Source of the DNA: Candidatus Aenigmatarchaeota archaeon
Lineage (GTDB): Archaea > Aenigmatarchaeota > Aenigmatarchaeia > Aenigmatarchaeales > Aenigmatarchaeaceae
Direction: 5' to 3'
Length of the DNA stretch: 64,000 nucleotides
Assembly (NCBI GenBank): GCA_043802485.1
Contig: JAZDKZ010000007.1
Coordinates: 66,048-130,047, forward strand
Part shown: one piece after another, positions 49,501 through 61,500 of the stretch
How the letters are laid out: the number at the start of each line of letters is the position of its first letter
Position numbering within the stretch: position 1 is the stretch's first letter
Made by a program: the position numbers and the translations under genes
Notes under the pieces: generated by a model
Told to the model about the DNA's origin: nothing
The model's database searches: none
The model's input: only the letters and a program-made list of their open reading frames with translations

Positions 49501-52500
49501 CAACTGGAACTTTTCCGTCAACGCGACGTCAGGCAACACGGACCAGATGAACATAACGCTTTACCTCAGGCCTGCAACAGGAGGCTATTCAAAATGTACA
49601 TCATGCCTTAACCAGACGACAATAGAGTGCGTCAACTGCTTCAATCAGACTTATTACTGGTACAGAAACTTTACCTCGGAAGAAACAGGCACATGGTACT
49701 ACCAGTTCAGAATGTACAACCACTCAACTGGCTACCTAGAGACGCAGACGACCGAAAAGTCTTTCTACGTCGACCCTGTCCCGGAAATAAAGATATTCCT
49801 GGAGGACGTGACGCAGACCCCCCCATCAGCACAGTGGGGAGGCACTCCTTTCACCTTCAATGTCACCGTGAACACCACAGGGGTGAACAATGCTACCGTG
49901 TTCCTGTGGGTTGGGAACAGTTCTGGCGGCCCATGGACATTGATAGGACAGGAAAATTATACCATACCTGGCAGTACATGGCAGACCCTGAACTTTACAA
50001 ATTATTTCGGCTGCGGTGACATTGGAACCAAATGGTTCTTCTTCAACACGACTAACTACAATATGTCAGTAAACTCGACAACACCGCAGAGCTTCACGAT
50101 AACAAAGGACACCATATATCTGGATTATAGTGTTGGTTATAACACAACCGCCAACAGGGCAGGATCGCAGACAGACCTTCTTGTCTTCCGAGCCACAAAC
50201 GCCAACGGAACCTACATGTCCAATTTCCCAATAAAGTATTACGTCACATCCGCCAACACGTCCCAGACCTACTATTCTGACGAGAGTTTTGTCAACGGAA
50301 CTAACAGCACAGGTCATGCCAACTTCTATTTCGACCCGACCTGCCTGGAAGATTACGATGGTGCTCCTAAATTCCGAGTCGGAGAGCAGCAATGGAGGGC
50401 CCAGCTGAACGACTCAGAGCTGAGCTGCTATTACCAAAACACTAGCTCTGATTATATTTACAGGAACCTTTCAGTTAAAGGAAATATATTAATAACAATA
50501 ACCAACCCGGACGGCACGGCTAACGTTACTCAATTAAGTCCAATAACCTTCCTTGGTTACAGCTACGACGACTGTGACGACGCATTGAAACTCAATGTCA
50601 CACCAGGCTATGAGGAGATAAAGTACTATGCGAACAACAGCACAACGTACGGCTTCGACTGTGGCCAGTCCACAATAATAGGTGCCAACGCATACCAGTG
50701 CAACTGGCAGACCAATATAAACACACCAACGCAGGCGTACAACGGCTCAATGTTTGTCAACAGAACCAACTATTACCTAAACCAGACGCTGGAAGATGCT
50801 GGCAGGGGTTGGCTCTTCTACGTGATACCGTTCAGGGAGTTCAGCGGCAAGTCTGTATCACCTATGTCGGATCTTTGGGACCATGAAAACTGGAACTTTT
50901 CCGTCAACGCGACATCAGGAGACTATAACAACGAGACCATCGTATTGCAGCTGAAGAAAGGTTCAGAGGCATGGCAGAATTGTGAGGACGTTCTGGCAGA
51001 ATGCTCCAACATGACAGCAACCAACTGTACGCACTGCGTCAACCAGACTTATTTCTGGCACGCCAACTTTACCGAAAGCGACGCAGGAACATGGTTCTAC
51101 AAGTTCCAGATGAACAACAGCGACACGTTGGAAGTAGATTATGAAACTTCAGGAACCGACAGCTTCAACGTTCTGCTGACCGACGTCAAAATATTCCTGG
51201 AGAACGTGACAAAATACCCGTCTTCAGGAAGCTGGGGCGGAGGCAACTTCACCTTCAATGTCACCGTTAACACCACAGGAATTAACAACGCGACTGTCTT
51301 CCTTTGGATTAGCAACAGTTCTGACGGGCCTTGGACGCTGTTGGGACAGAAGAACTACACCATAGGAGGCAGCGCTTGGCAGACCCTGAACTTTAGCAAA
51401 AGGTTCGACTGCTCTGATATAGGGACCAAGTATTTCTTCTTCAACACCACGAACTACAACGGCTCCAAGAATCTCACCACCTCCCAAAGCTTCACAATAA
51501 CAAAGGACGACGTGATAATAGAGTACATATCAGGAAACAACACGACAGCCAACAGAAAAGACGGACAGGAAGACGACCTTTCTGTCAGATTCAAGGACGG
51601 CAACAACACTCTGCTCGAAGGTCTCAATGTAACATATTACATAGAGACCAACAGCTATGTCTATGACAGCGGAAACAGCATTCTCGTGGACTCTGATGGT
51701 TTCGCGAACTACTCTTTCAACCCGACGTGTACTGACCCAAGGTATGATGTAGGTCATCAGAACTGGAAGGTTGCTGTTGCTCCTAACGAGTACACGTGCT
51801 ATCAGGTCAACGACACTGACAGCGCAGGTTTCGCTCTGAACCTGACAGTGATGGGCGATTTCAACATATCATTCCTCTGGCCGCAGACTGACAACAAAAC
51901 GATTGGCGACCAGGTTAGGTTTGAGGCCTCCATATGGGACGACTGCCAGGTAGAGCTTGGTACTACAACTGTCAGGTACAATGCAACCAATGCCCTGTTC
52001 AACGACGAGTGCTCTGTCGTGACCAGCCCTGTTACAGGTTATTATGCTTGCGCTGAAACCCCAGGAGGTTGGTCTTCAACAGGAGCAAGGGAAGGCTGGT
52101 ACAACGCCACTATCAACGCGACGAAGAGCTTCTACTATTCAAACATAACTACAAAATCCGAACAGGGTATCGGACATTTCTATTTAAAATTGGACCCTGT
52201 ATTGTCTAGTCAAACTGTCACGCCTTCTTCAGGCGGCTGGGCAAACGACAGGAACTTTTCTGTCAATGTGACAGACGATCTGGCTGACAATGTTACTGTC
52301 AAACTGTGGCATAGAAGTCCTGGAGGGACTGGAAGTTTGTGGGAGCAGATAAACGGTGCCAAGTGGTGCACTGATTGTAATAACACTAACGTTAATTGGA
52401 CTGATATAGAGTACAACTGTTCTTTCGTAGGCACAGTTGATTACAAATTCAATGCAACCGACGAGGAAAGCAACGCCCACGAAATATCAGCTTCCTTTAC

Positions 52501-55500
52501 AATAGCAAATGACAATGTTTCTGTAACTAATCAGACACCAATAGGCAGCGCTATGATAAACAGGACTAGCACTACTTACTTTATTGTCGAGCTGTATGAC
52601 ACCGAGAACGCTTCATATCCTTTGGACGCAGAAGGAAAGATATGGCTGACGACTTCCGACGTCGCAACGTGGGAAAGCGATGTAGACGCACCCACCAGAT
52701 ACTCTAACATGTCGGGCCAGATAAACAGGTCAATGGGACCTATCCAGTGGGGATGCGAGGAGACCTATGTCCTTGGCAACCACTATTGGAAGGGAGGCTC
52801 GTATGGTTCCAACTGCCCGCCAGGTTTGAAAGACAATGTTACTGGCAACGTTCTGTTTACCTTGATGGGAACATTGTCAAACACATTACAACAACCCCTG
52901 GGAACGCAAAACTTTACCGTCGGCTCTGACATACATCTCAACGGAACGGTATTGCAGGACGGTTCGTGCGGCGCTGCTACAGGAGCCAGTGTTGACTATA
53001 ACATCACCAACGGAACACATGCCTTTACTTGCAGCGCCCTGCACCAAGGAAACGGCATTTTCAACTGCAGCTGGAACAGCGCAGGCAAATCGACCGGCTG
53101 GTACAATGTCACCATGATATCGTATGACAGCAACTTCCACAACGGCACTGCCTCTCAGACCAATGCCTTCTACCTGAGAAGCCCCATACTGCTGGAGGAT
53201 TTGGACATTGACCCGGACGGCGGTGGTAGCTATGGTTACTCACCGTTCAACTTCTCAGTAAACGTTACTGCTTCTGATGACGAGAACGTAACGGTTTACT
53301 TGTATTTGTATAACTCGACGCACAGCTGGCTTGATAATCAGAGCTACTGTACAAACTGCGACAACACCTACTTTGAGTTCTCGAAGAGCTATGACTGCGC
53401 CAACATCGATTCATGGCAGTACAAGTTCAACGCGACTTCAGACACAGGAGCATCAAACAATTCGTTATCACCGGCAGGCTTTTCTGTTACAGCTGACACT
53501 ATCTCCATTGTCTACGGCTCTGGCAACGAGTCCAACGTCAACAGGAGCGACTCGATGTCAAACTATGAGACTAGCTTCATTGTAAGAGTACTGGACACGG
53601 TCAAGAACCAGTATGTGACTGACGTTCCTCTTGGAAATGTCCACGCATATGCAAAGATAAACAGTACAACCTGGATGGAACTGGCAGGATCTTTGGGAAC
53701 TGTCGGCAACAACTCGACCCATTACAATACCACCTTTAATCCTAACTGTTCATTTGCTGCTGGAAAGAGGGAGTGGAAGTTCAATGTTTCCAGCGCTACC
53801 TGTTATGCCAATGCAGAATCAAGCAGCTACAATGTGACTGTTCATGGCAACCTTAGTGCCTATTATCTGTCGCCGACAGGCGGAGCGATATATGACCTGG
53901 GTGACAGCGTATCGCTGTCAGGCAACCTGTCCGACGAGTGTTCAAATGACATCAGCGGATCCAACGTCCAGTTCCAGCTGGACTCTGATTCCAGCACATA
54001 TTACTGCGACTCACCGGGAAACCTGACAGGCAACGTATACTCTTGCAACTGGGACTCGACCGGAAATGACGTGAGCCTCTACAATGTTACGATGATATCC
54101 TGGAACAACTCATACAACAATGGCACGGACTTTGAGCAGGATGCGTTCGAGATAAGGTCCATACCAGACCTGAACGGGGCTGACGTCAACCCCAGGGCTG
54201 ACGGATGGGTGAAGAACTTTAACTTCACCGTCAATGTCACGGATAATCTGGGAGATAATGTCACTGTATATTTGTGGGAGTCTGATGACGGAAGCGAGCC
54301 ATGGACTCAGATTGGTTCCTTACAACAATGTGAGAACTGTTCTAACAAGACGCTGTGGTGGATAAAGAACTACACATGCTCGGACAAAGCCAATGGTGTG
54401 TCATTCAAGTTCAATGCAACCGACACGGAGAGCAACAGCTACGAGACGTCCCTGGGAGCTGGCGACTATGTGGGGGACAGCAGGACGTTCAACATAGAGA
54501 TGAACAACATTGGCATAGAATACATTTCAGGTAATGAGACCAACGCCAGCACGACTGATCCCACATTATTCGTTGTAAGAGTATATGATATCGATAACTC
54601 TTCGAGTTATCTGATGAATCCATCAGCAACAATAGCCTTCAACGTTACCAAGCAGGGCTTCGGCAGTAGCTTCTACACGGTAGGCGGGAACAGCACCAAC
54701 TCGACCGGTTACGTCCACTACTACTTCCTGCCTGACCAGACCTTCGCCTCGGTGAAGCAGAACTGGACGGCCTTCACCTCAACCAGCGAGGGATGCTACA
54801 AGATTAACACGTCAGGTTATTACAATGTGACAACCCAGACGCACGTTCCTTTAATAGAGAACGAGACAGTTGACATTATAACAGGCGGATGGGGAGACCA
54901 GAGAACGTTCAACGTCTCTGTCTATGATGCGAACGACACGGCCAATGTAAGCATGTGGAAAGCCTCGAACATTGTAGGTCCTTGGAATCTTGTCCACTCT
55001 GATAATTACACTGATATAGGAAACTGGGAGAATTTCAGCTTCCTGATAAATTACACGTGCGGCGACAAAGGAACATGGTATTACAAGTTCAATGTAAGCG
55101 ACAGCCTGAACAACACTAATACCACGGCAGAGTCCCTGCAAAGGAACTATACTATAAACAAGGACGCTGTCATATTCGAAGATTTCTATGGAAACAACTC
55201 AATAGCTAACAGGAGTGCTAACCAGACTGATATGTTATATTTAAGATTGAGAGACGGCAACGGCACATACCTTTCGAACTTTAACGGGACATTCTACGTT
55301 ACTTTGGACCAATCGACAGGCAGCTGGCCTAGCACAGGTGTTGAAAACTTTAGCAACAGCAGCGGTTATGTCCACTATTACTTCAACCCGGGTTGTTCAC
55401 CAAAGAATCTGGTAGGAGACCAGCTTTGGAAAGTTGAGGTCGGCGACTCTTGTTATGAGACAAATAGCACTAATACTTCAGGTGTATATCTGAACCTGTC

Positions 55501-58500
55501 TGTGATGGGAAGCATAAATCTTACATTCAACAGGCCGAATGGTCTCCAAAACTTTACTCAGGAAGATTCAATACTATTCCAAGGTTTTACGTATGACGAC
55601 TGTGACAACTCTTTAGTGCCCAACGTGACCTTCTATGCCAACAATTCCACAACATATAGCGCAGAATGTAGCGACGTTCAGAAGATTGGTGAGAACGTAT
55701 TTGAGTGCAGCTGGCAGACCACCATAGAGACGACCAGAGGATGGTACAACACAACGATGCAGGCGAACAAATCCTATCATTACAATAACTTTAGTGTAAA
55801 TTACGGGAGTCCTGGTCTGTTCTATCTGAAACCTGTTTATAAAATAGAAAACGTTTCAGGAACGCCTACAACGCAAGGCTGGGGTTATCTTAACTGGAAC
55901 TTTACCACAAAGGTTTCTTCAGGCGACCCAGATACAAGCTATCCTGTGCTGTTATACATGAACAAGGGATCTCCTGAGTTTACCCTGTCATGCAGCGGTT
56001 CTGTATGCCTTAACCAGACGCCAGTAGATTGCATCTATCCAGATTGCGTTAACCAGACGGTCTTCTGGCTTAGGAACTTTACATACGACGACCAGGGAAC
56101 ATGGTTCTTCAAGTTCGAACTGGACGGAGAGGAGACTTCTGGAAACGACATCGTGTCTGTGGTCAAGGACAGCATAAACATAACACATAATCTAGGGAAC
56201 AATGAAATAGTCAACAGAAGTGGATACCAATCACAAATGTTTATTGTTTATGTTAACGACACTGTAAGAAACCAGTCAGCAACCAATCCATATACCACAG
56301 TATACTTCAATGTCACGAATAACAGCATCAATTACAAAACATACGGTTCCAATTCCACGAACGGAACTGGTTATTCTAACGTGAGCTTCAACCCAGACTG
56401 CACCTATTCGAACGGCACACAGAATTGGTTTGGATATGTCTATGGAGATTCCAACTACAACAACGCTAATTCAAGCATATTCAACATATCAATATACGGA
56501 GATTTGGAACCAAAGAACGTTAACACATACAATTCGACTGGAATAACAGACATATTCTTCACAGGGGACACTGTGAACATCACAGGTTATGTCGAGGACG
56601 ATTGTGATAACCCGATATCAAACGAAACCGGAATAAATGTTACCTTTGAAATCTACAAGAACTCTACGTACCCGCCTCAGGCAGATACTTTTTGTTTTGA
56701 TGTGACATACTTCGGCAACGGCGTCTACAACTGTCTATGGAACTCTCAGGCATTCGAGAACGGGACTTATATAATAAGGATGAACGCAAGCAACGTGAGC
56801 TTCCATAACAACGGGACGCACACAAAATGGGGAGCGTTCGGAATGGAAGTGCCGCCAAACACGCCGCCTGTCGTAGAAAACGCGAGCGTCACACCAGACC
56901 CTGGAGGCTGGGGTTCTGTATTCAACTTCAGCGTGGACGTGACAGACGAGGACCCGTTACAGAACGTTACCGTGTTTTTCTGGGAATCGCCTGACGGAGT
57001 CGCATGGAGCTTGATAGACAATCAGACTTGCGCCGACGAATGCACAGAAGCCAGCTCGACAACAATGTACTTTATCAAAAATGATTACAGCTGCCAGGAA
57101 CAAGGCACAAGATACTTCAAATTCAACGCAAGCGACAACTCCAGCACAGCAAACAAAGATTCTCTAGATGATGGTCCTTATGATTTTAATGTAACTAAGG
57201 ATAACATACAGTTCTTAAGTGTGGTAGGGAATGAGGGAACCGTTAATAGGAGCGGGAACCAGAACGTATTCCTTGCGATTATGATTAACGATACGACAAG
57301 AGGCGTCTTAGTAACCTCGAACGTGACCGCTGGAAGATTCTGGGTAACTTATGATGAAAACGCATGGGATGTAGGAAGCGCCAACAGAACGACAAATTCC
57401 TCAAGCTATATGAACTACACTTTCAATCCTAACTGCACTCCAAGGTACAATGTAAGCAACTCTCAGAAATGGATGGCCGGCGTTTTGAACGATACCTGCT
57501 ATGTCGACACCAACAGCTCCAACTATTCCTTGACAATAAAAGGCGACCTATCTAACTCGATCATAGGACCTGCAGGCGAAGTGGCGTACGACCCCAACAA
57601 CATAACCCTGTTAGGCAACATAACGAGCGACTGCAACGACGACTCTATAATAGACGCGAACGTCACTTTCAAGCTCTCTCATGAAGCGTTTACCTACTAT
57701 GCTTATCCGAATCCTGCAAACAACAACATAACATTCTACAATGCCACCCACAACGTTACAGGAACGCCCGGCGGGAATTATTCAATAACCATAAACTCTT
57801 CCAGAAGCCTTTACAACCCACACAACACGACAACTTCAAATGCTTTCCATCACGAGGTGGACCCGTTGCTCACGAACGAGTATGTCTCTGCTGAAACCGC
57901 AGCCTGGGGAACAACATTCGATTTCTACACAGCAGTCACTGACGATGATGATACAGCTAATCTCACTCTGTGGATAAGATGCACTGGAGGCAACACGACA
58001 AACAACCCAGATTTCATTTGTAGCCCTGCGTCTAATTTTACAGCAAAGGGTTCTCCAACATCACAAACATGCGAAGACTGCAACAACCAGCAGAAGAGCG
58101 CAAGCTGGATCAGCAACATACCCGGTCATATAGGTAACTACGAGTGGTTCTTCAACGTGTCAGACCTTTACGGAGGTTCCAACAACACAACAGTGAAAAC
58201 TTTCAATGTCACGAGGAGAAATGTTTATTTCAATATAATTCAAGGTAACAATTCCAATGTAAGTAGAATAGGCACAAACAAAACGTTGCTTCAAGTAAAG
58301 TTAGTAGACGCGTTCGATGACGGAGAGATTGGCGGCGTACAAGTTAAATTCTATGTAACACTTGACGGTTCTGTATGGGATTCCTCAGTCCTAAATACAA
58401 CAGATATTACCACCGGTTATGGTGATTACTACTTTAATCCTGGCTGTCCATCTCCATTTTATAAAACAGGCAGGCAGTGGTGGAGAGTCGCCTTTGACCA

Positions 58501-61500
58501 GACTAATGCTTACACCACAGGTAGTTCTGCTAACTATACTGTAAATATAAACTCGACCCTTAACGGCACTGTAATATATCCAACAGGACAGACGGTGTTC
58601 TCGATAGGCGATAACATACATATAATAGGAGAACTGAGAGACGAGTGCGAATACATAACCAATGCCGGCAGTGTTGTTTTCAGGTCAGGTGGATGGTCAT
58701 GCAGCCCAGAACCTGCAAACAATGTAGGAAATGGTACGTACAACTGTTCTTTAGATACGGGGTCTCTAGGAGTTGGTATATACAACATAACAATGAACTC
58801 TAGCAAATCATATTATTATGATGATTATACTGTAGAACAAAATGCCTTTGAAATAAGAAAATACCCAGAGCTATCAAATGAAAGTATAACACCCGATACT
58901 GAAGGTTGGGGATTCAACTATACGATAAATCTTTCTGTGCATGACACGGACACTGGAGACAACGTAAATATAAGTCTGTGGAAGAGTGTTGGTGGTGGCG
59001 AGTGGACTTATGTAGCATCACAAATTTGTTCAAGCGGACTTTGTACAAACCCGACATCATTTAACTTTTATCCTCAGTTCAATTGTAATGACTACACAAA
59101 TGGACCTGATATCAACTTCAAGTTCAATGCCAGCGATGATTACGGATTAAGTGATGAAACGTCTAATTTTTCCGCAACGTTCCAGAAAGACAATGTAACA
59201 TTCACAATTATTCAAGGCGGAGGAATAATAAACAGAGAAACCGAGACAAGGACGTTTACAGTCATTGTGAACGATAGCGATAGAAACAACGAATCCGTAA
59301 ACAATTCTCAAGAAGTTGTAGACGGTAATTTCTGGTTCAGTTATAATTCTGCACCAACTTATGATGAGGGCCACAGCGTTCAGACAAATACCACGGGCCA
59401 CATGAGTCATGGCTTTGATCCAAACTGTACTTATGAGGTCGGGACAGAATATTGGTATGTTGGGATAAGTGGCAATGGTTGTTACGCGGATACTGCTACA
59501 GGTCAAACCGCAAACACCTATGTTTTGAGAGGACAGCTCAAGTCCAGCCTTTATGAACCGATGCAATACGACATCTTCAACGTCACGGACAACGTGACTT
59601 TGAAATGGAACGTCTATTCTGACTGCAGCAACGAGGGCAACATAACAAGCGTGAGCAACACGGTAGAATTGAACAACTATGGCAACGAGTCCAGCTGCGC
59701 GTCGCCGCAGGAAGGCGCCTTGTCAGGAAACTACAACTGCACCTGGGACTCGACAGGAGAGCCTGAAGGCAACTGGACAGTTAACATAAGCGCAAGTAAT
59801 TCTGACTATTACAGCAACTTTACCAGCTATTCAAATTGGCTCTACCTAGACAACCTCAATGCCACAGGCACAGACCCAACGGTTAATCCGTCAAGCGGTG
59901 GTTGGGGAACAACCTATACCTACAACATAACAGTCAACGACTCTGAGAACGACACTGCGTCCTGTATGCTCTATACCAACACCAACGGTACCTGGGTCTA
60001 CAAGGGAATAGACACAATAACAACACCTGACAACTGCTCTATTTCAGTAAATAACTTCAACTGCCAGGACCAGGGAACTGGAAGCTACTACTTCATAATC
60101 AACGACACTTACAACGTCATAAACACCTCAGAAACCCTTGGGACCACAAGCGGCCCTAACATAGGAAAGGACACTGTAACTGTCACGCAGATTTCAGAAG
60201 GTGGCTATCCTAACTATTATGTTAACAGGAGCAGTGACCAGACAACAACAATGGTGCTGTTGGTCAACGACACTATAAAGAACGAGCAGCCCAACAACAC
60301 TAATGTAACGGTCTGGGTTACTACTGACGGCAGCGTCTGGGATTCCGGTAACGTTGTCAATACGAACAACACTGGTTATGCGTCTTACATCTTTAATCCG
60401 AACTGCAGCGCACCCTTCTATGATGTAGGCAACCAAACATGGATAGCTGGAACCAGCGATTACTGCTACGAAGACACGAACACGACATCAAACTTCAGCA
60501 TGAAGATATACGGAGATATTTTATCAACAGTGATAGAACCTATAGGAAGCCAGACCTTCCTGCGCGGCAGCAACGTAACTATAAGAACGAACACAACAGA
60601 CGATTGCCAGACACCGATAAACATAAAAACAATAAACATGACATCAATACAAGGCGCCAGCGAATATGGCTGCTCGTCCATTGAGAACGAGACTGACACA
60701 GGCTTCTATAACTGCACCTTCAACACCAGCTCGCCTTTCCTCATGCCGGCAAGATACTACAAGATAAGGGTCAACACCACAAAAGATGATCATAACTACG
60801 GGGACATGAACGAGACGGACGCCTTCTTCATAGAGACAGAGCCCGTGATACAGAACGAGAGCGTCAGTCCGGAAGAGTCTGGATGGGGTTCCACATACAC
60901 CTTCACTGTTAATTTCACTGACGAGGACCTTGACACTAACACAGTCACAGTATGGTTCAGAAAGTGTACTGACGAGACCTGCACTGCACACAGCCCCGAC
61001 TGGTCAGGAGCAAACTCCATAAGTAACAGCTCAGTGTCAGGAATCAATGTCTCAGTATCTTTCAACAAGGATTGGATATGTGATGACATAGGATATTGGC
61101 AGTACAAGTTCAACGCGAGTGATTCCAGAGGTTATACTGATGAAACATCTATTCATCAGTTTAATCTGACCAGAGACGATATAGTAATAGAGCATTTCTA
61201 CGGAAACAACACTACTTTCAATAGGAGCATATCAGAATCACGAATCTTAAGTGTAAGGATATGGGATATAAACAGAGGCATATATATTGGGTCACCACCA
61301 GTACAGGCGAGCGGAAAGTTCTGGGTGACCAATAATACTTTAAACAATTTCATCGAAGTTTTCTCCACAGTCGGCTCAGACACAAGTTATATGAATAGAA
61401 CGTGGTCTCCCGACTGCACCTTTGAAATAGGACCGCAGAAATGGAAAGTTAACATAACGAATGACGGTTGTTATCAGGATAATACAAGCCAGGACTTCAA

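Noticed and set aside
49500..51500. Near-identical repeats as a DGR template/variable repeat pair
   Set aside because: Differences are not adenine-restricted, both copies are in frame in one gene, and no reverse transcriptase is present
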